Source of the DNA: Coraliomargaritaceae bacterium | Lineage (GTDB): Bacteria > Verrucomicrobiota > Verrucomicrobiia > Opitutales > Coraliomargaritaceae | Length of the DNA: 64,000 nt | Assembly (NCBI GenBank): GCA_965656495.1 | Contig: CBFHKU010000001.1 | Location: forward strand, 50,781-114,780 | Direction: 5' to 3' | Shown: positions 28,603-39,773 of the stretch, in pieces | Layout: each line of letters opens with the position of its first letter | How positions within the stretch are numbered: the stretch's first letter is position 1 | The notes under the pieces: model-generated | Databases searched by the model: none | Told to the model about the DNA's origin: nothing | The model's input: the letters and a program-made list of their open reading frames with translations, nothing else | Program-made: the position numbers and the translations under genes

Positions 28603-29949
28603 ATGAAGATCATCATTGTGGGCGCCGGCGAAGTCGGCCACAACCTAACCGCTACACTGGCTGCAGCGGGCCATGATGTGTGCCTGATTGAGCAATCCAT
28701 GGAGCTGTGCGAACGCCTCGACGAGGAACACAATGCCCGGATTGTTCGGGGTAACGGCAGCTCGGCGCGGCAGTTGTTGGAGGTCGATGTCGCGAAGTGC
28801 GACGCCTTCCTTGCGATGACAAGCGACGACCGCACCAACATCATTTCCTGTTCCCTCGCGAAGGGTCTCGGTGCGAAGCAAACCATCGCCCGCATTCACG
28901 ACGGCACTTACAGCGACAACTCCGTCATCAATTACCAGCTCCATTTCGGGATCGATCTCCTCGTCAACCCAGAGGCGATTTGCGCGGTGGAACTCGCCAA
29001 GACCATCCGCAACGCCGGGCGTCTCGCGGTCGAGAATTTCGCGCGCGGGCAAATTGAAGTTCAACAACAAAAGGTGGCGAAGGAATGCCGCCTCATCGGA
29101 CGTAAACTCAGCGATTTAAAAATGGATCCTCAAATCCGGATCGGCTACATTCAGCGGGAGGGAAAGAGCGAGGTCGCGAACGCAGAATCCATGCTTTTTG
29201 AGGGCGACAAAGTCACGCTGTTTGGTCACCCGGAGGCAGTGCTGGCGGCGCGGGAAAAACTGGACCCGAAGCACAAGGTGAAGCATGTGCGGGTCGTCCT
29301 CTACGGCGGCAGCGAAACTGCCATCAGTCTCATTCGCCTCCTGAGCAACCCGCGTTTCCGGATTCGCGTGATTGAGAAAGATCCGCAGAAATGCCGCGAA
29401 CTGGCAGAATCTTTCCCGGAGGTGACCGTGATTCATGGGGACGCCACCTCGCTTCGCCTCCTGGAGGAGGAGCAAATCGGGGACGCCGATTATTTCGTGG
29501 GCTGCACGAAGGATGACGAGGACAATATTTTGACCTGTCTGCAGGCAGCGAAGCTTGGCGCGGATCATGTCCAGTTGGTCATCAACAAGGGGGACTACGA
29601 TCAACTGCTGGGGATTTTGAAGACGATGCTCGGGATCGAGGTGGTGGTTTCACCGCGCAAGGCGACCGCTGATTTCATGGAACGCACTCTATCCCTTGAG
29701 TCCGTGCACGAGTTGGCGCGATTCCCGGACGGGGGCCGTATTCTACAAATGCGCATCGGGCATGAAAGCAGCGCGGTGGGTCGCAAACTGCGGGAAATCG
29801 CCCTGCCGGGGAATTGTTTGGTGGTGGCGCTCCAGCACAAATTTCAAGCAAAGGTACCGACGGCGGACGACACCATTCTGGCGGGCGACCGTGTATTGGT
29901 ATTGGTGGAGGCTTCTCAGGAAGCGGCTTTGCGGGAATGCCTTCTCTAG
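28603..29949 (+). CDS. trkA: Trk potassium uptake system NAD-binding subunit
   Basis: [12 protein letters not shown]; two RCK_N/RCK_C pairs; HGDAT...LLEEE. Confidence 0.93.
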   Translation: MKIIIVGAGEVGHNLTATLAAAGHDVCLIEQSMELCERLDEEHNARIVRGNGSSARQLLEVDVAKCDAFLAMTSDDRTNIISCSLAKGLGAKQTIARIHDGTYSDNSVINYQLHFGIDLLVNPEAICAVELAKTIRNAGRLAVENFARGQIEVQQQKVAKECRLIGRKLSDLKMDPQIRIGYIQREGKSEVANAESMLFEGDKVTLFGHPEAVLAAREKLDPKHKVKHVRVVLYGGSETAISLIRLLSNPRFRIRVIEKDPQKCRELAESFPEVTVIHGDATSLRLLEEEQIGDADYFVGCTKDDEDNILTCLQAAKLGADHVQLVINKGDYDQLLGILKTMLGIEVVVSPRKATADFMERTLSLESVHELARFPDGGRILQMRIGHESSAVGRKLREIALPGNCLVVALQHKFQAKVPTADDTILAGDRVLVLVEASQEAALRECLL

Positions 29950-29970
29950 ACCAGAGCTAATTTTCGGACA

Positions 29971-31443
29971 ATGAACACGGCCATCATCTATCGCCTGCTC
30001 ACCATGGTGTTTCTCGCGCTTGCGGGAGGTTTCCTGCTTTGCGGTGGGGTGGGCTTGCTGATGGGCGAAGCGCTCGGTTCGGCGGCACCGCGCGCATTTG
30101 GCGTCGCGATCGCGGTGAGCCTTGTCCTGGCGCTATTGGCGCATTGGATCGGGCGGCAGGGAACGCCCAAGCTCTTTCGCCGGGAAGCCTTGTGCGCGAT
30201 TGGGATGTCCTGGATTTTTGCGACCCTGATCGGTTCGATTCCCTACGTATTGATCGTGGAAAATTGCGAATTTGCAGATGCCGTTTTTGAAAGTTGCTCG
30301 GGGCTCACCACCACGGGGGCGACCGCCTTCTCCAATTTTCATGAATTCCCGAAGAGCTTGCTCTTGTGGCGCTCACTGAGCCAATGGGCGGGTGGCCTCG
30401 GGGTGGTGGTTTTCTTCGTGGCGATCCTCTCCTCTCTCGGGGCGGGGGCGAAAATTCTCTTTAGTAATGAATCCTCCGGGGCGTCCTCCGATTTTGAGCA
30501 GGGTCGCGTCCAGCGCGGGGCGTTTCATTTGTTGCTCTATTATCTTGGGCTGACGGCGGCCTGCTTGCTGTCCTACCGCTTTGGTGGGATGGATTGGTTT
30601 CAGGCGGTGAACCACGCCATGACCACCGTTGCGACGGGGGGCTTCAGTACCGAGGCGACGAGCTTCGAGCATTTCAACAGTCCCATGCTGGAATGGATCG
30701 CGATTGTCTTCATGATTTTGAGCGCGACCACTTTTATTTTGGTGATTCGCGTGATGCGCACCCGCGCCTTCAAACTGCATAATTTCCATGAAGTCATCTG
30801 GTTTTACAGCCTTCTGCTGATCAGTGTCGGGCTGTTCACGGTCTACCTCGTGGAACTGGACGGTACCTTGCCAGATCACGAGATGATTCGCACTGCCGCA
30901 TTTCAGGCGACCTCGATTATGACCACGACCGGTTATGCCTCGGCAGATTTTGATACCTGGTTGCCACCGGCAAAGATGTTGCTGATCATTCTGATGTTTG
31001 TGGGGGGCTGTTCCGGGTCCACCGCCGGAGGAATAAAAATTGTACGGGTGATCATTGCTCTGCGGGCAGTTACCCAAAGTATCATCCATTCCTTCCGTTC
31101 AAACATAACGCTGCCCGTGCGGATGGGCGGGCGACTCCTCGGCGAGCGCGCCATTCAAAGTGTGGTGGTCTTCCTGCTGCTGATGGTTTCCCTGCAGATC
31201 ATTTCGATGCTCTTTGTCTCGGCGAGTGAACCGCACCTCAGTTTTATCGGGGTCTTTTCCAGCGTGCAATCGACCCTCTTTAATATCGGACCGGGATTTG
31301 ATGCGGTGGGCCCCACCGAGAACTTCCACTTTTTGCGGGGCATCACAAAGTTCTACCTCTGTCTCCTGATGATTCTCGGGCGTTTGGAACTCTACGCGGT
31401 GCTGGTGCTCTTTGCGCCCAGCGTTTGGAAACGTTATTCCTAG
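29971..31443 (+). CDS. trkH: Trk potassium uptake permease
   Basis: [45 protein letters not shown]. Confidence 0.95.
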   Translation: MNTAIIYRLLTMVFLALAGGFLLCGGVGLLMGEALGSAAPRAFGVAIAVSLVLALLAHWIGRQGTPKLFRREALCAIGMSWIFATLIGSIPYVLIVENCEFADAVFESCSGLTTTGATAFSNFHEFPKSLLLWRSLSQWAGGLGVVVFFVAILSSLGAGAKILFSNESSGASSDFEQGRVQRGAFHLLLYYLGLTAACLLSYRFGGMDWFQAVNHAMTTVATGGFSTEATSFEHFNSPMLEWIAIVFMILSATTFILVIRVMRTRAFKLHNFHEVIWFYSLLLISVGLFTVYLVELDGTLPDHEMIRTAAFQATSIMTTTGYASADFDTWLPPAKMLLIILMFVGGCSGSTAGGIKIVRVIIALRAVTQSIIHSFRSNITLPVRMGGRLLGERAIQSVVVFLLLMVSLQIISMLFVSASEPHLSFIGVFSSVQSTLFNIGPGFDAVGPTENFHFLRGITKFYLCLLMILGRLELYAVLVLFAPSVWKRYS

Positions 31444-32435
31444 GCGAGGCCGCGCTGGCGCAGGTCGGCGACGGTTTGTTCGAGCGCCTCTGTCATTCCG
31501 GTTTGCGGATCATAGCCGAGGTCTTCCCGCGCCGCGCTGATATCGAAGTAATGATCCTTCGCCAATTCGACCGCGACAAAGCGGGACATCGGCGGGTCGT
31601 CGCTGCGGCGCAGGATTTTCCAGAGGGCTTCGCAAATCCCGCCCACGCCATATACGAGGGGGAGGGGCAGCTTTCGCGTGACCGGTTTGATTTCCAGAGC
31701 GCGGAGGAGGTCATTGATCCAGGGCCAAAGGGCGACCGGTTCGCCCTGAGAAATAAAATATGCCTTGCCGGCGGCACGGCCTGCCGCGAGGGCGTCGAGG
31801 GCGTTCAAGTGCGCGTCTGCAACATTGCCCACGTAGCTCACATCGACCCGCGATTCTCCATCGCCCACGATGCGGAGGCGTCCGGCGCGCGCTTTTTCCA
31901 CGACGCGGGGGAGGAGGTGCGGATCGCCGGGGCCAAAGACGAGGTGGGGACGCAGGGCGACCACCTGCAGGTCGGGGCGGTTGGCGGCGAGGGTTTCTTT
32001 TTCCGCAATCGCTTTGGTGTGGGCGTAATGACAGAGCCAACGGGAACCGTAGGGGAGGGATTCATCTGCGCCGGAAAATGCTTGCCGATTAAAGACCACG
32101 CTGGGGGTGCTGGTATACACCAAACGCCCGATGCCGTGCTTGCGGCAGGCCGCCACCACGTGCCGCGCGCCCAGAACGTTGGGTTGATAAAAACTGTTCC
32201 AGTTGCCCCAGATGCCCGCTTTGGCAGCGACGTGAAAGACCGCGTCCATGCCCGCGCAGGCGGTCGCGACCGCTGCGGCGTCGGCGAGGTCGCCGGTATG
32301 GCATGCAACGCCCAGCGCTTCCAGTTCCGGCTGGGGGCTGCGTCCAAAACTCCGCACCGTGTAACCGCGCGCCAAGAGGCGGTCGATCAAATGCCGCCCG
32401 ACGAATCCGCCCCCTCCGGTTACGAGGACTTTCAT
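31440..32435 (-). CDS. oleD: OleD-like NAD(P)-dependent reductase (3-beta-HSD/SDR family)
   Basis: [45 protein letters not shown]; 4-bp overlap with oleC-like gene. Confidence 0.75.
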   Translation of the reverse strand: MKVLVTGGGGFVGRHLIDRLLARGYTVRSFGRSPQPELEALGVACHTGDLADAAAVATACAGMDAVFHVAAKAGIWGNWNSFYQPNVLGARHVVAACRKHGIGRLVYTSTPSVVFNRQAFSGADESLPYGSRWLCHYAHTKAIAEKETLAANRPDLQVVALRPHLVFGPGDPHLLPRVVEKARAGRLRIVGDGESRVDVSYVGNVADAHLNALDALAAGRAAGKAYFISQGEPVALWPWINDLLRALEIKPVTRKLPLPLVYGVGGICEALWKILRRSDDPPMSRFVAVELAKDHYFDISAAREDLGYDPQTGMTEALEQTVADLRQRGLA

Positions 32436-34045
32436 GCGCCGCCCTCCTGTTTGTTGTTCCATTTGCGGCGGAGGCTGAGGCGGTGAATTTTGGCATTGTG
32501 CCGCACGTCCACCGGGAATTTTTCCTGAAAGAAGAATGTATCAATGCTCGCGGTCATGGAGTTTTCCTCACAGAGGGTGCGCAGTTCGTTTTCAAAGGCA
32601 AGGCGCTGGTCGGAGTTTCGGGGCAAGGCGCCCGATTCCGGTTCGATGACGACTGCGGCTTGATCGCCAAATTGAATGAGGGCCGAGCGAAAGACGCGGG
32701 GGTGTTGATTCACGATCGCCTCGCAACAATCGGGGTAAAGCATTCCGGCGGCGGTCTCAACTTTTTCGGCCTGACGCCCGCAGAACCAGAGACGACCCTC
32801 CCCATCGAGGTAACCGAGGTCGCCCATGCGGTGCCAAAAGCCGAGCCCGTCCTGAATCTTGGCGCGGGTGGTGGCGTCGGGTAATTGATCGTAGCGGCGG
32901 GTGGCGGTGGGACTGCGGGCGATGATTTCACCGACCGTTCCGGTGGGGCAGGGACGGGTGGCGCCGAGTTCCGCGATGGGGCCGTCGGTCGCTTCAATGA
33001 TGCGGATCTCGACTCCGGGGAGGGCTTTCCCGACGCAGGAACCCGCGCCGGTGCGGGTGCGCTCGGCGGTCTCGTTGAGGATTTCGCGCGCCTCGATGGA
33101 ACAGAGCGGGAGGGCTTCAGTCGCGCCATAGGGGGTATGGAGTTCCGCGCCCGGGAAGACGGTTTGCATTTCGGCGAGGAGGTCGGGCGGGACGGAAGCC
33201 CCGGCGAGGAGGATACGCTTCATGCCGGGCAGGGTGATTGACTGGGCTCGGCAATGGCGGGTGATCTTTGCCCAGAGCGCGGGTGAACCGAAACTATTAG
33301 TGACTTGGTTTTGCCGGATCGCCTGCACAATTTTTCCGGGATCGACGCTCGCGGGTCGACTGGGGTTCATCTCAGGAACGACCGTGCACATTCCGAGGGC
33401 GGGATTAAAAAGCGCAAAGACCGGCAGCATTGGGAGGTCGACTTCGCCCGGCGCGATGCCGTAACCACTGCGGATCGCCTCCACTTGGGCGGCAAACATC
33501 CCGTGTTCGTAGCAGACCCCTTTGGCGGGACCGGTGGAACCGGAGGTGAAGAGGATTGCGGCGAGTTCATCCGGCGCGGAATCGACTACGGGGAAAGCGG
33601 TGCGGGGGGCGTTCGGCGGGAGCTTGGGCGCGAGGCGGATGCGGACTCCGGAAAAACTGCGGCGGGCGAGGATCGCGACCAGGCGGGCGGCGGGGATCCC
33701 GATGAGGGCTTCCGGTTGGGAATGCCGCACGCAATTCAGGAAACGGCGAAGCCCCATCCCGGGGTCAATCACGATGGGAACCGCGCCCATTTTAAAGAGG
33801 GCAAAGACGGTGCGGATGAGGTCGAGCCCGGGGCGCACCATGAGGAGGACCCGGGTGCCGCGTTGGATGCCGCGCTCTTGAAAGTGGTGGGCGAGGGCGG
33901 CGGCCTCCGTTTCCAGTTCCGCGAAGCTGCGCTCGAGGTAGCGGATCACCCCTGCGGGGTTGCGTCCGGAGGGCGCGCGCACCGCGGCCTGCCCGGGGTG
34001 AAGGCGGGCTTGCTCGGCGAGGAAGTGGGCGACGTTGTGTGGCAT
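32432..34045 (-). CDS. oleC: OleC-like AMP-dependent ligase (olefin beta-lactone synthetase family)
   Basis: IDPGMG, ILFTSGSTGPAKGV, NSFGSPALW, TPYGATEALP, WHRMGD, FPVDVRHNAKI. Confidence 0.8.
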   Translation of the reverse strand: MPHNVAHFLAEQARLHPGQAAVRAPSGRNPAGVIRYLERSFAELETEAAALAHHFQERGIQRGTRVLLMVRPGLDLIRTVFALFKMGAVPIVIDPGMGLRRFLNCVRHSQPEALIGIPAARLVAILARRSFSGVRIRLAPKLPPNAPRTAFPVVDSAPDELAAILFTSGSTGPAKGVCYEHGMFAAQVEAIRSGYGIAPGEVDLPMLPVFALFNPALGMCTVVPEMNPSRPASVDPGKIVQAIRQNQVTNSFGSPALWAKITRHCRAQSITLPGMKRILLAGASVPPDLLAEMQTVFPGAELHTPYGATEALPLCSIEAREILNETAERTRTGAGSCVGKALPGVEIRIIEATDGPIAELGATRPCPTGTVGEIIARSPTATRRYDQLPDATTRAKIQDGLGFWHRMGDLGYLDGEGRLWFCGRQAEKVETAAGMLYPDCCEAIVNQHPRVFRSALIQFGDQAAVVIEPESGALPRNSDQRLAFENELRTLCEENSMTASIDTFFFQEKFPVDVRHNAKIHRLSLRRKWNNKQEGGA

Positions 34046-34119
34046 GGCAACGCTCCCTATGACGAAGCGCGGAGCCGCTCCTGCCAAGCTCAAAGCGTGC
34101 CTTGCCGCACCGGCGGAAC

Positions 34120-36024
34120 TTAGAATTTCAAGCGCGCCCCGAGGTAAGCGGCGCAACCGGAGTTACTGAATCCCCGAGTATAGGTGAAGTGCTGGTCGAA
34201 TAGATTTTCCACTCTGCCATAGAGCGTGAATGCGCTGTTCAGTTGCCAATCACCGTAGAGACGGAAAAGTTCGTAATCTTCATGTCGGGTTCCTGCAGGT
34301 TCTTCCCGGTCGATCGCAGCTTGAAAGCCGAGGCCGAGACGAATGCTTTGGCTGGCTTCCCAATCGAGGTTGGCCGCGATGCTGTGCTTGGGGCGGCGAA
34401 TCAGGCGCGCTCCGGGGCCATCGGCGTAAAAATAGGTGCCTGCACTGACCTCGGCTTGTAGGTAGGTGTAGGCGAGGCGACTGGAAACGGTCTTTGTAAT
34501 TTGCCAAGTGAGTTCCGATTCCACGCCGTCTTGCTCTGTATCGACCACTTCATAATTGGTAACTGGATAGCCGCTGTCGTCATCAACAAGGTTTTTTATC
34601 CGTGAGTTGAAATAAATCATGCCGAGGTTTAACCGTGCATCGTTGAACGACTGCTTGAAGCCGATTTCCCATGACTGGCTCTCTTCGGGTTCAAGCTTAC
34701 CTGCGAGTCGGGCGATGTCATTTGCCTCGGCGGGAGCCATACCGGTGCCGTATTTCAGGAAGAGCCGAGTGTCGCTACTTGGAAAGTAGTAGCTAAATTC
34801 AGCGTTGCCAGTGGTGAAATTTTTAAAGCGGTCGAAGCGGTCATAACGCATTGAACCGATGAAGCGCAGTGAGTCGGAGATGTCGCAGATCGCCTGAGCG
34901 AAAGCAGCCTGATTGCGGTAGCTGTATTGAAAAGGACGGGTTGAGGGTGAGCCATCATTATCTTTTGGTGCACGATCATAATTGAGTTCCAGATAGTTGA
35001 ATCCCGCAGTGATTAAAAAAGGCAGATCATCCGGCATGAAATGGGTCATGGCCTGAACCTCATTGACGCTTTCTTTGAAAGTAAAATTACCGTTACCCCA
35101 AAAGTTGTAGTAGGGCGATTCACTAGCCTCGAAGCTATTGCGGGAAAAAGAATATAAGAGACTTGCGCTGAGGACTTCACTGGCACTGAAGCTGAGGCCT
35201 GGGGAGAGGAGAAAACTCTCGGTCTTATTTATTTCCTCGGCGGGATAGATTGAGGAACTTTCACTGCCCGGAACACCGAGTTTGCTGTCATAATAGAGTC
35301 CCTGAAAATCAAACTTAAGTTTCGGGTTGATTGCATAGCTCGCATAGAGGTTCCCAGCGGTTCGCTCGTAATCACTGTTGGGACGGTCGTTTTCGGTCTC
35401 AAAATAACTTACGCCCGCCGAGACGCTGAAATTTTCACCACCGATCAAGGTTTCATACTTCCCAAGCAAACTATTAAAAGAGCCATACTCCGCCGTTAAA
35501 ACCGTGCTCTCTTCGTTGGGGCTCGCCTCACGACTTCTCAAGTCAATGACCCCTCCGATTGCATCCGATCCATAAAGGCTCGAAGAGGGTCCGCGTACAA
35601 ACTCCACCGAGCTTAAATTTTCAATTCCCAGAGAACTCAAGTCATATTGTCCAAAGGTCCCTGCAGGGAGGCGGCGACCGTTCAAAAAAATAGCGGTATG
35701 GTTGGATTCGGTGCCACGGGTAAATAGACTCGCGAGCGCTCCTGTGTGTCCATTCTGAACGACTGTGGTGCCCGGAAGCTCTTTGAGCACGTCGGGAAGG
35801 CTGAAGTACTGCCGTTGCTCGAGAGTTGCGGCATCGATGAAACTGGTCGAAATACTCAGTTTTCCCAGTTCAACCGGCGTGCGGGTCGCCACCACCACGT
35901 AGGGATTCAGCTCATGCTCCATTTCCGGTCCCTTTTCGGTGGGAGCGGCGAGTAATGCCGAGCCAATGAATAATCCACTGCAGAAGAGCGCTGCGGTGCT
36001 TTTATGAGTTTTTTCCGATGTCAT
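34120..36024 (-). CDS. TonB-dependent outer-membrane receptor (BtuB-like architecture, ligand unknown)
   Basis: TonB box YVVVATR, plug RGTESNHT...RGPSSSLYGSDAIGGVI, VENLFD, C-terminal F; visibly lower GC than neighbours. Confidence 0.9.
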   Translation of the reverse strand: MTSEKTHKSTAALFCSGLFIGSALLAAPTEKGPEMEHELNPYVVVATRTPVELGKLSISTSFIDAATLEQRQYFSLPDVLKELPGTTVVQNGHTGALASLFTRGTESNHTAIFLNGRRLPAGTFGQYDLSSLGIENLSSVEFVRGPSSSLYGSDAIGGVIDLRSREASPNEESTVLTAEYGSFNSLLGKYETLIGGENFSVSAGVSYFETENDRPNSDYERTAGNLYASYAINPKLKFDFQGLYYDSKLGVPGSESSSIYPAEEINKTESFLLSPGLSFSASEVLSASLLYSFSRNSFEASESPYYNFWGNGNFTFKESVNEVQAMTHFMPDDLPFLITAGFNYLELNYDRAPKDNDGSPSTRPFQYSYRNQAAFAQAICDISDSLRFIGSMRYDRFDRFKNFTTGNAEFSYYFPSSDTRLFLKYGTGMAPAEANDIARLAGKLEPEESQSWEIGFKQSFNDARLNLGMIYFNSRIKNLVDDDSGYPVTNYEVVDTEQDGVESELTWQITKTVSSRLAYTYLQAEVSAGTYFYADGPGARLIRRPKHSIAANLDWEASQSIRLGLGFQAAIDREEPAGTRHEDYELFRLYGDWQLNSAFTLYGRVENLFDQHFTYTRGFSNSGCAAYLGARLKF

Positions 36025-36045
36025 GCATGGGGTATATTCCGCCTT

Positions 36046-36091
36046 GATAATGAGAATCAAGGATAATTAATCTATGAGAATCAATCTCATA
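36046..36091. promoter_or_regulatory. Two Fur-box-like sites upstream of the TonB receptor
   Basis: GATAATGAGAATCA at 36046-36059 and near-palindrome TATGAGAATCAATCTCATA at 36073-36091. Confidence 0.6.
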
Positions 36092-36222
36092 AAAACTCAG
36101 TCTGCTCCGATGGGACAGAGCGAGCGTGATGCTGGCTTAAAAAGCGGGATGGGCGGGATGCGCGCGGTATTTTGAGACAAATTCTCAGCCAAACAAAATT
36201 TTTACGCTTGGGGTGTGGATTG

Positions 36223-37041
36223 CTAGTTATTTGCTGCTGGTTGGCGTTGTCGACGCGCTTCGTAGAGGCAGACTGCGGCGGTGGCGGCGACATTGAGGGA
36301 ATCGGCCTGCCCTGTCATCGGGATGAGGATGGTCTGAGCGGCGGACTGAATCCAGTAATCGGAGAGGCCGGAGTGTTCACTGCCGAGGATGAGGGCGGAG
36401 GCTTGGGTGAAGTCACAGTCCCAGTGGAGGGTGCTGGCGGCGGGGGTGGTGGCGCAGGTTTGGATCTGGTGCTTGGTGAGCCATTGGGCGAGGGCGTCGC
36501 GCTCGGCGGTGACAAGGGGAAGGGCAAAGAGGAGACCCTGCGAGGAGCGAATGGCGTTGGGATTGTAGGGGTCGAGGACGCAGTCGACGAGGATGACGGC
36601 ATCGGCGCCGGCGCCATCGGCAGAGCGAAGGATTGCGCCGAGGTTGCCGGGTTTTTCAATGCCCTCGAGGATGAGGAGGAGGGGGTTCTCGGGGAGCTGG
36701 AGTGCTTCGAGGGCGTGGCTTTGTTGATGACCGACCGCGATGATACCATCGGGGCCTTCGCGCTGGGTGGCTTTGTCGAAGGCCTCGGGGCTGAGGCGGA
36801 CTAGGGCGGGCTGTTCGGAGGCGCGGCGGGTACGGATAAATTCGGAATGCGCCTCGGTGGGGAAATGCTCGGGGCAATAGTAGATGGTTTCAATGGCATA
36901 GCCCGCTTGGAGGGCGTGACTGAGTTCGCGAAGCCCTTCCACCAGGAAACGTTCCTGTCGGTCGCGGTATTTGCGCTCGCGCAGCTTCACGAGGTTTTTG
37001 ATCTGCTCGTTGTGGCGGCTCTGGATGTAGGCGTCTTCCAT
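36223..37041 (-). CDS. TrmH/SpoU family RNA 2'-O-methyltransferase
   Basis: EKPGNLGAILRSA, LGSEHSG, IPMTGQADSLNVA. Confidence 0.92.
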   Translation of the reverse strand: MEDAYIQSRHNEQIKNLVKLRERKYRDRQERFLVEGLRELSHALQAGYAIETIYYCPEHFPTEAHSEFIRTRRASEQPALVRLSPEAFDKATQREGPDGIIAVGHQQSHALEALQLPENPLLLILEGIEKPGNLGAILRSADGAGADAVILVDCVLDPYNPNAIRSSQGLLFALPLVTAERDALAQWLTKHQIQTCATTPAASTLHWDCDFTQASALILGSEHSGLSDYWIQSAAQTILIPMTGQADSLNVAATAAVCLYEARRQRQPAANN

Positions 37042-37131
37042 CTTGTCATAGGAGGTTGTTCGAAGGAGGGGCGGCTGTGAAGTTAGAATTCTAATCTTTT
37101 CCTGCGCCCAAAATATGTCCAGTAGTGAAGG

Positions 37132-38355
37132 ATGCCGAGTGACGTGCCCAAAAATTTTATACCTGAACCCTTCGCCTATCATGAAGAGGTCTGCTTTGAA
37201 GTAGAGCGCCTCACCAATCTTGGAATGGGAGTGGGTCGGGTGAACGGCTGGGTGGTGATGGTTCCGTTTGTGATACCCGGTGAACGGGTGCGGGCTCGCA
37301 TCTTCCGGAATTTCTCGAATTATTCCGACGCCGATTTATTGGGGGTGCAGGAGGCCTCGCCCGATCGGGTGGAGCCCGGCTGTCCGCTATTTCAAAAATG
37401 CGGGGGCTGCCAGTATCAACATATTGAATACAAGCGGCAGTTGGGGGCGAAGCGCGAACAGGTGGTGGAGTTAATGGAGCGACTCGGTGGTATCACGCAT
37501 CCGGTGGAGCGGCCCATTGGTTCCCCGCAGCTTTATGGCTACCGCTCAAAGCTAACTCCGCATTATAATCGTCCCGCCGCAGATGGTTCCCAACCGATTG
37601 GGTTTCTGCGATATGGTCGGCGGCGGGAGATTGTGGACGCCCCGCAATGCCCGATTGCGACGGAGGCGATCAATGCCGCTTTGCCGGAAGCCCGGGCAGA
37701 GGCGCAGCGAGCGGGAGGGAAGAAACGGCGCCAACGGGGCGGCACTTTGCTGTTGCGCGATGTTTTGGAAGGGGTCGTCAGTGATCCACAGGCGGTGGTT
37801 TCCGAGCGGGTCGGGGAGGTAACCTTCCAATACAAGGCAGGGGAGTTCTTCCAAAACAATCCCTTTATCCTCCCTGAATTGGTTCGCTATGTCGCGGCGG
37901 AAGCGCAGTCGGAGGGCGCGCGATATTTGGTGGATGCCTATTGCGGGGTCGGGCTTTTTGCCTTGTCGCTGGCGCGGGATTTTGAATCGGTCGTTGGGGT
38001 CGAGATCAGTCAGGCCTCGGTTTTATGGGCGCAGGCGAATGCGCGCATCAGCGGGATTGATAACGCGCGTTTCTTGATCGGAAAAGCGGAGGCGATTTTC
38101 AAGGGGCTGGACTTTCCGGCAGAAGAGACCGCCCTTGTAATTGACCCGCCGCGCAAGGGTTGCGACCCGGACTTCCGGGAGCAACTGCTAGCCTTTAGGC
38201 CCGCCCGCTTGGTTTATGTCTCGTGTGACCCCGCCACGCAGGCGCGTGATTTAGAGGTATTTACCGCCGGCGGTTACCGCATCACCCGGATTCAGCCCTT
38301 CGATCTTTTCCCGCACACCCGCCATATCGAAAATGTGGTGAGTCTTGCCCTCTAG
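37132..38355 (+). CDS. rlmD: RlmD/TrmA family RNA m5U methyltransferase with TRAM domain
   Basis: CPLFQKCGGC, FFQNN, DAYCGVG, DPPRKG, YVSCDPATQARD, FDLFPHTRHIE. Confidence 0.82.
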   Translation: MPSDVPKNFIPEPFAYHEEVCFEVERLTNLGMGVGRVNGWVVMVPFVIPGERVRARIFRNFSNYSDADLLGVQEASPDRVEPGCPLFQKCGGCQYQHIEYKRQLGAKREQVVELMERLGGITHPVERPIGSPQLYGYRSKLTPHYNRPAADGSQPIGFLRYGRRREIVDAPQCPIATEAINAALPEARAEAQRAGGKKRRQRGGTLLLRDVLEGVVSDPQAVVSERVGEVTFQYKAGEFFQNNPFILPELVRYVAAEAQSEGARYLVDAYCGVGLFALSLARDFESVVGVEISQASVLWAQANARISGIDNARFLIGKAEAIFKGLDFPAEETALVIDPPRKGCDPDFREQLLAFRPARLVYVSCDPATQARDLEVFTAGGYRITRIQPFDLFPHTRHIENVVSLAL

Positions 38356-38446
38356 GGCGTTTTTCAGGAGGTCTTTAAATAGGATTGACTCGGCGCGCCT
38401 GGATCCTTTTATTGGTGGGCTTTTTCACTTAATAGGAGAATTATTT

Positions 38447-38647
38447 ATGTCATTAGATGTCCAAGTCCGCAAAGGAGAACCGATGGAGCGCGCCCTGCGT
38501 CGCCTCAAGAAACGCCTCGACCGTGAGGGCGTGATTCGCGACGTGCGCGCGAAGCGTTATTTTGAAAAGCCTTCACAGGCGAAGCGTCGCAAGAACAAGG
38601 AGCTCGATTTCAACAACATGCTCCGTGTTCGCTATTCCAAAATGTAG
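38447..38647 (+). CDS. rpsU: 30S ribosomal protein S21
   Basis: ERALRRLKK...RYFEKPS. Confidence 0.93.
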   Translation: MSLDVQVRKGEPMERALRRLKKRLDREGVIRDVRAKRYFEKPSQAKRRKNKELDFNNMLRVRYSKM

Positions 38648-38690
38648 CGCCTGAAGGCTGAGGTTTTAACTAGCTTCAATGATTTTTTTC

Positions 38691-38728
38691 GACCCCGGTG
38701 ATGCTCTCTAGGCACTCGGGGTCTTTTT
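38691..38728 (+). terminator. Intrinsic terminator after rpsU
   Basis: GACCCCG...CGGGGTC stem followed by TTTTT. Confidence 0.7.
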
Positions 38729-38738
38729 ATTTAATACA

Positions 38739-39773
38739 ATGAGTTCACTTTCTGATCGCCTCGCTCTGTCATCCTGTTGGTGCTCTGCCCGACACGAGGA
38801 CGGTTACGCGATGGTTGAGGAAATGGTGGAGCTGGGCTTCAAGCGGATTGAGTTGAGCCACGGGATTCGCATCGCCTTGGTGCCGGGTATTTTGAAGGCG
38901 GTCGAGGAAAAGCTGGTGGAAGTAGGCTCGGTGCACAATTTTTGCCCTTTGCCGCCGAGTGCCTGGCAAGCGGCCCCCAATCTTTTTGAGCCGGCTTCAG
39001 CCGACAAACGGGAGCGGGCTCTCTGGCAACGCTACACTGAGCAAACCCTTGATTTCGCGGTCAAAGTCGGGGCGCCCAAGGTTGTTATGCATTCCGGGAG
39101 CGCTTGGTTTTTCTTCAGCTCAGCGGAGGCAAAATTCGAGCGTTGGCTCTCTGCGCAGAAACGCGAGCGTATCGAAGCGGAGCGCGCCAAATTGAAGGGC
39201 GAGGATGCCGATGCCAGCGAATTGGTGGAGGTCAATGAATTTGAATTGGAAACGGAACTCTACGCCAGCGCCGCCTTCAAGCGCCGACGTGACCGCGCCC
39301 TGCGCCGTATCAAACGCGCCTCCAAGAAAAACCTGCGATTCCTGAATGAGAGCTATGCCACCATCTTGCCCTACGCCAAGGAACGCGGTCTGCACCTGGG
39401 CCTTGAAAATCGCGAGGGGTTGGAGGAATTACCGCTGGATGCCGCCTTCCCTGATTTTCTGGAAGCACTGGAAGACACCAGCACTTTTGGTTATTGGCAT
39501 GACACCGGACACGCCCAGTTGAAGCACCGCCTCGGTTTGCTCGATCACCGCGCCCACCTCGAAGCGATGGCACCGCGTTTGATTGGCTTCCATTTGCACG
39601 ATGTCTCAGAGGGCGGGCGCGATCACCGCGTGCCCGGCACCGGGACGATTGATTTTAAGATGGTCTCGGAATTTATCCGCCCCGAGCACGCGCTCGTCCT
39701 GGAACTGAGCCCCTCCCTCAGTCGCGATCAGGTGCGCGCCTCGCGGGACTACTTGCTCGAAACCCTCACATAA
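38739..39773 (+). CDS. Sugar phosphate isomerase/epimerase family TIM-barrel protein
   Basis: SVHNFCP, LGLENRE, WHDTGH, FHLHDV, DHRVPGTG. Confidence 0.8.
   Translation: MSSLSDRLALSSCWCSARHEDGYAMVEEMVELGFKRIELSHGIRIALVPGILKAVEEKLVEVGSVHNFCPLPPSAWQAAPNLFEPASADKRERALWQRYTEQTLDFAVKVGAPKVVMHSGSAWFFFSSAEAKFERWLSAQKRERIEAERAKLKGEDADASELVEVNEFELETELYASAAFKRRRDRALRRIKRASKKNLRFLNESYATILPYAKERGLHLGLENREGLEELPLDAAFPDFLEALEDTSTFGYWHDTGHAQLKHRLGLLDHRAHLEAMAPRLIGFHLHDVSEGGRDHRVPGTGTIDFKMVSEFIRPEHALVLELSPSLSRDQVRASRDYLLETLT

Noticed and set aside
36025..36222. Cobalamin riboswitch upstream of the BtuB-like receptor
   Set aside because: No recognisable B12-box elements; Fur-like boxes are present instead.
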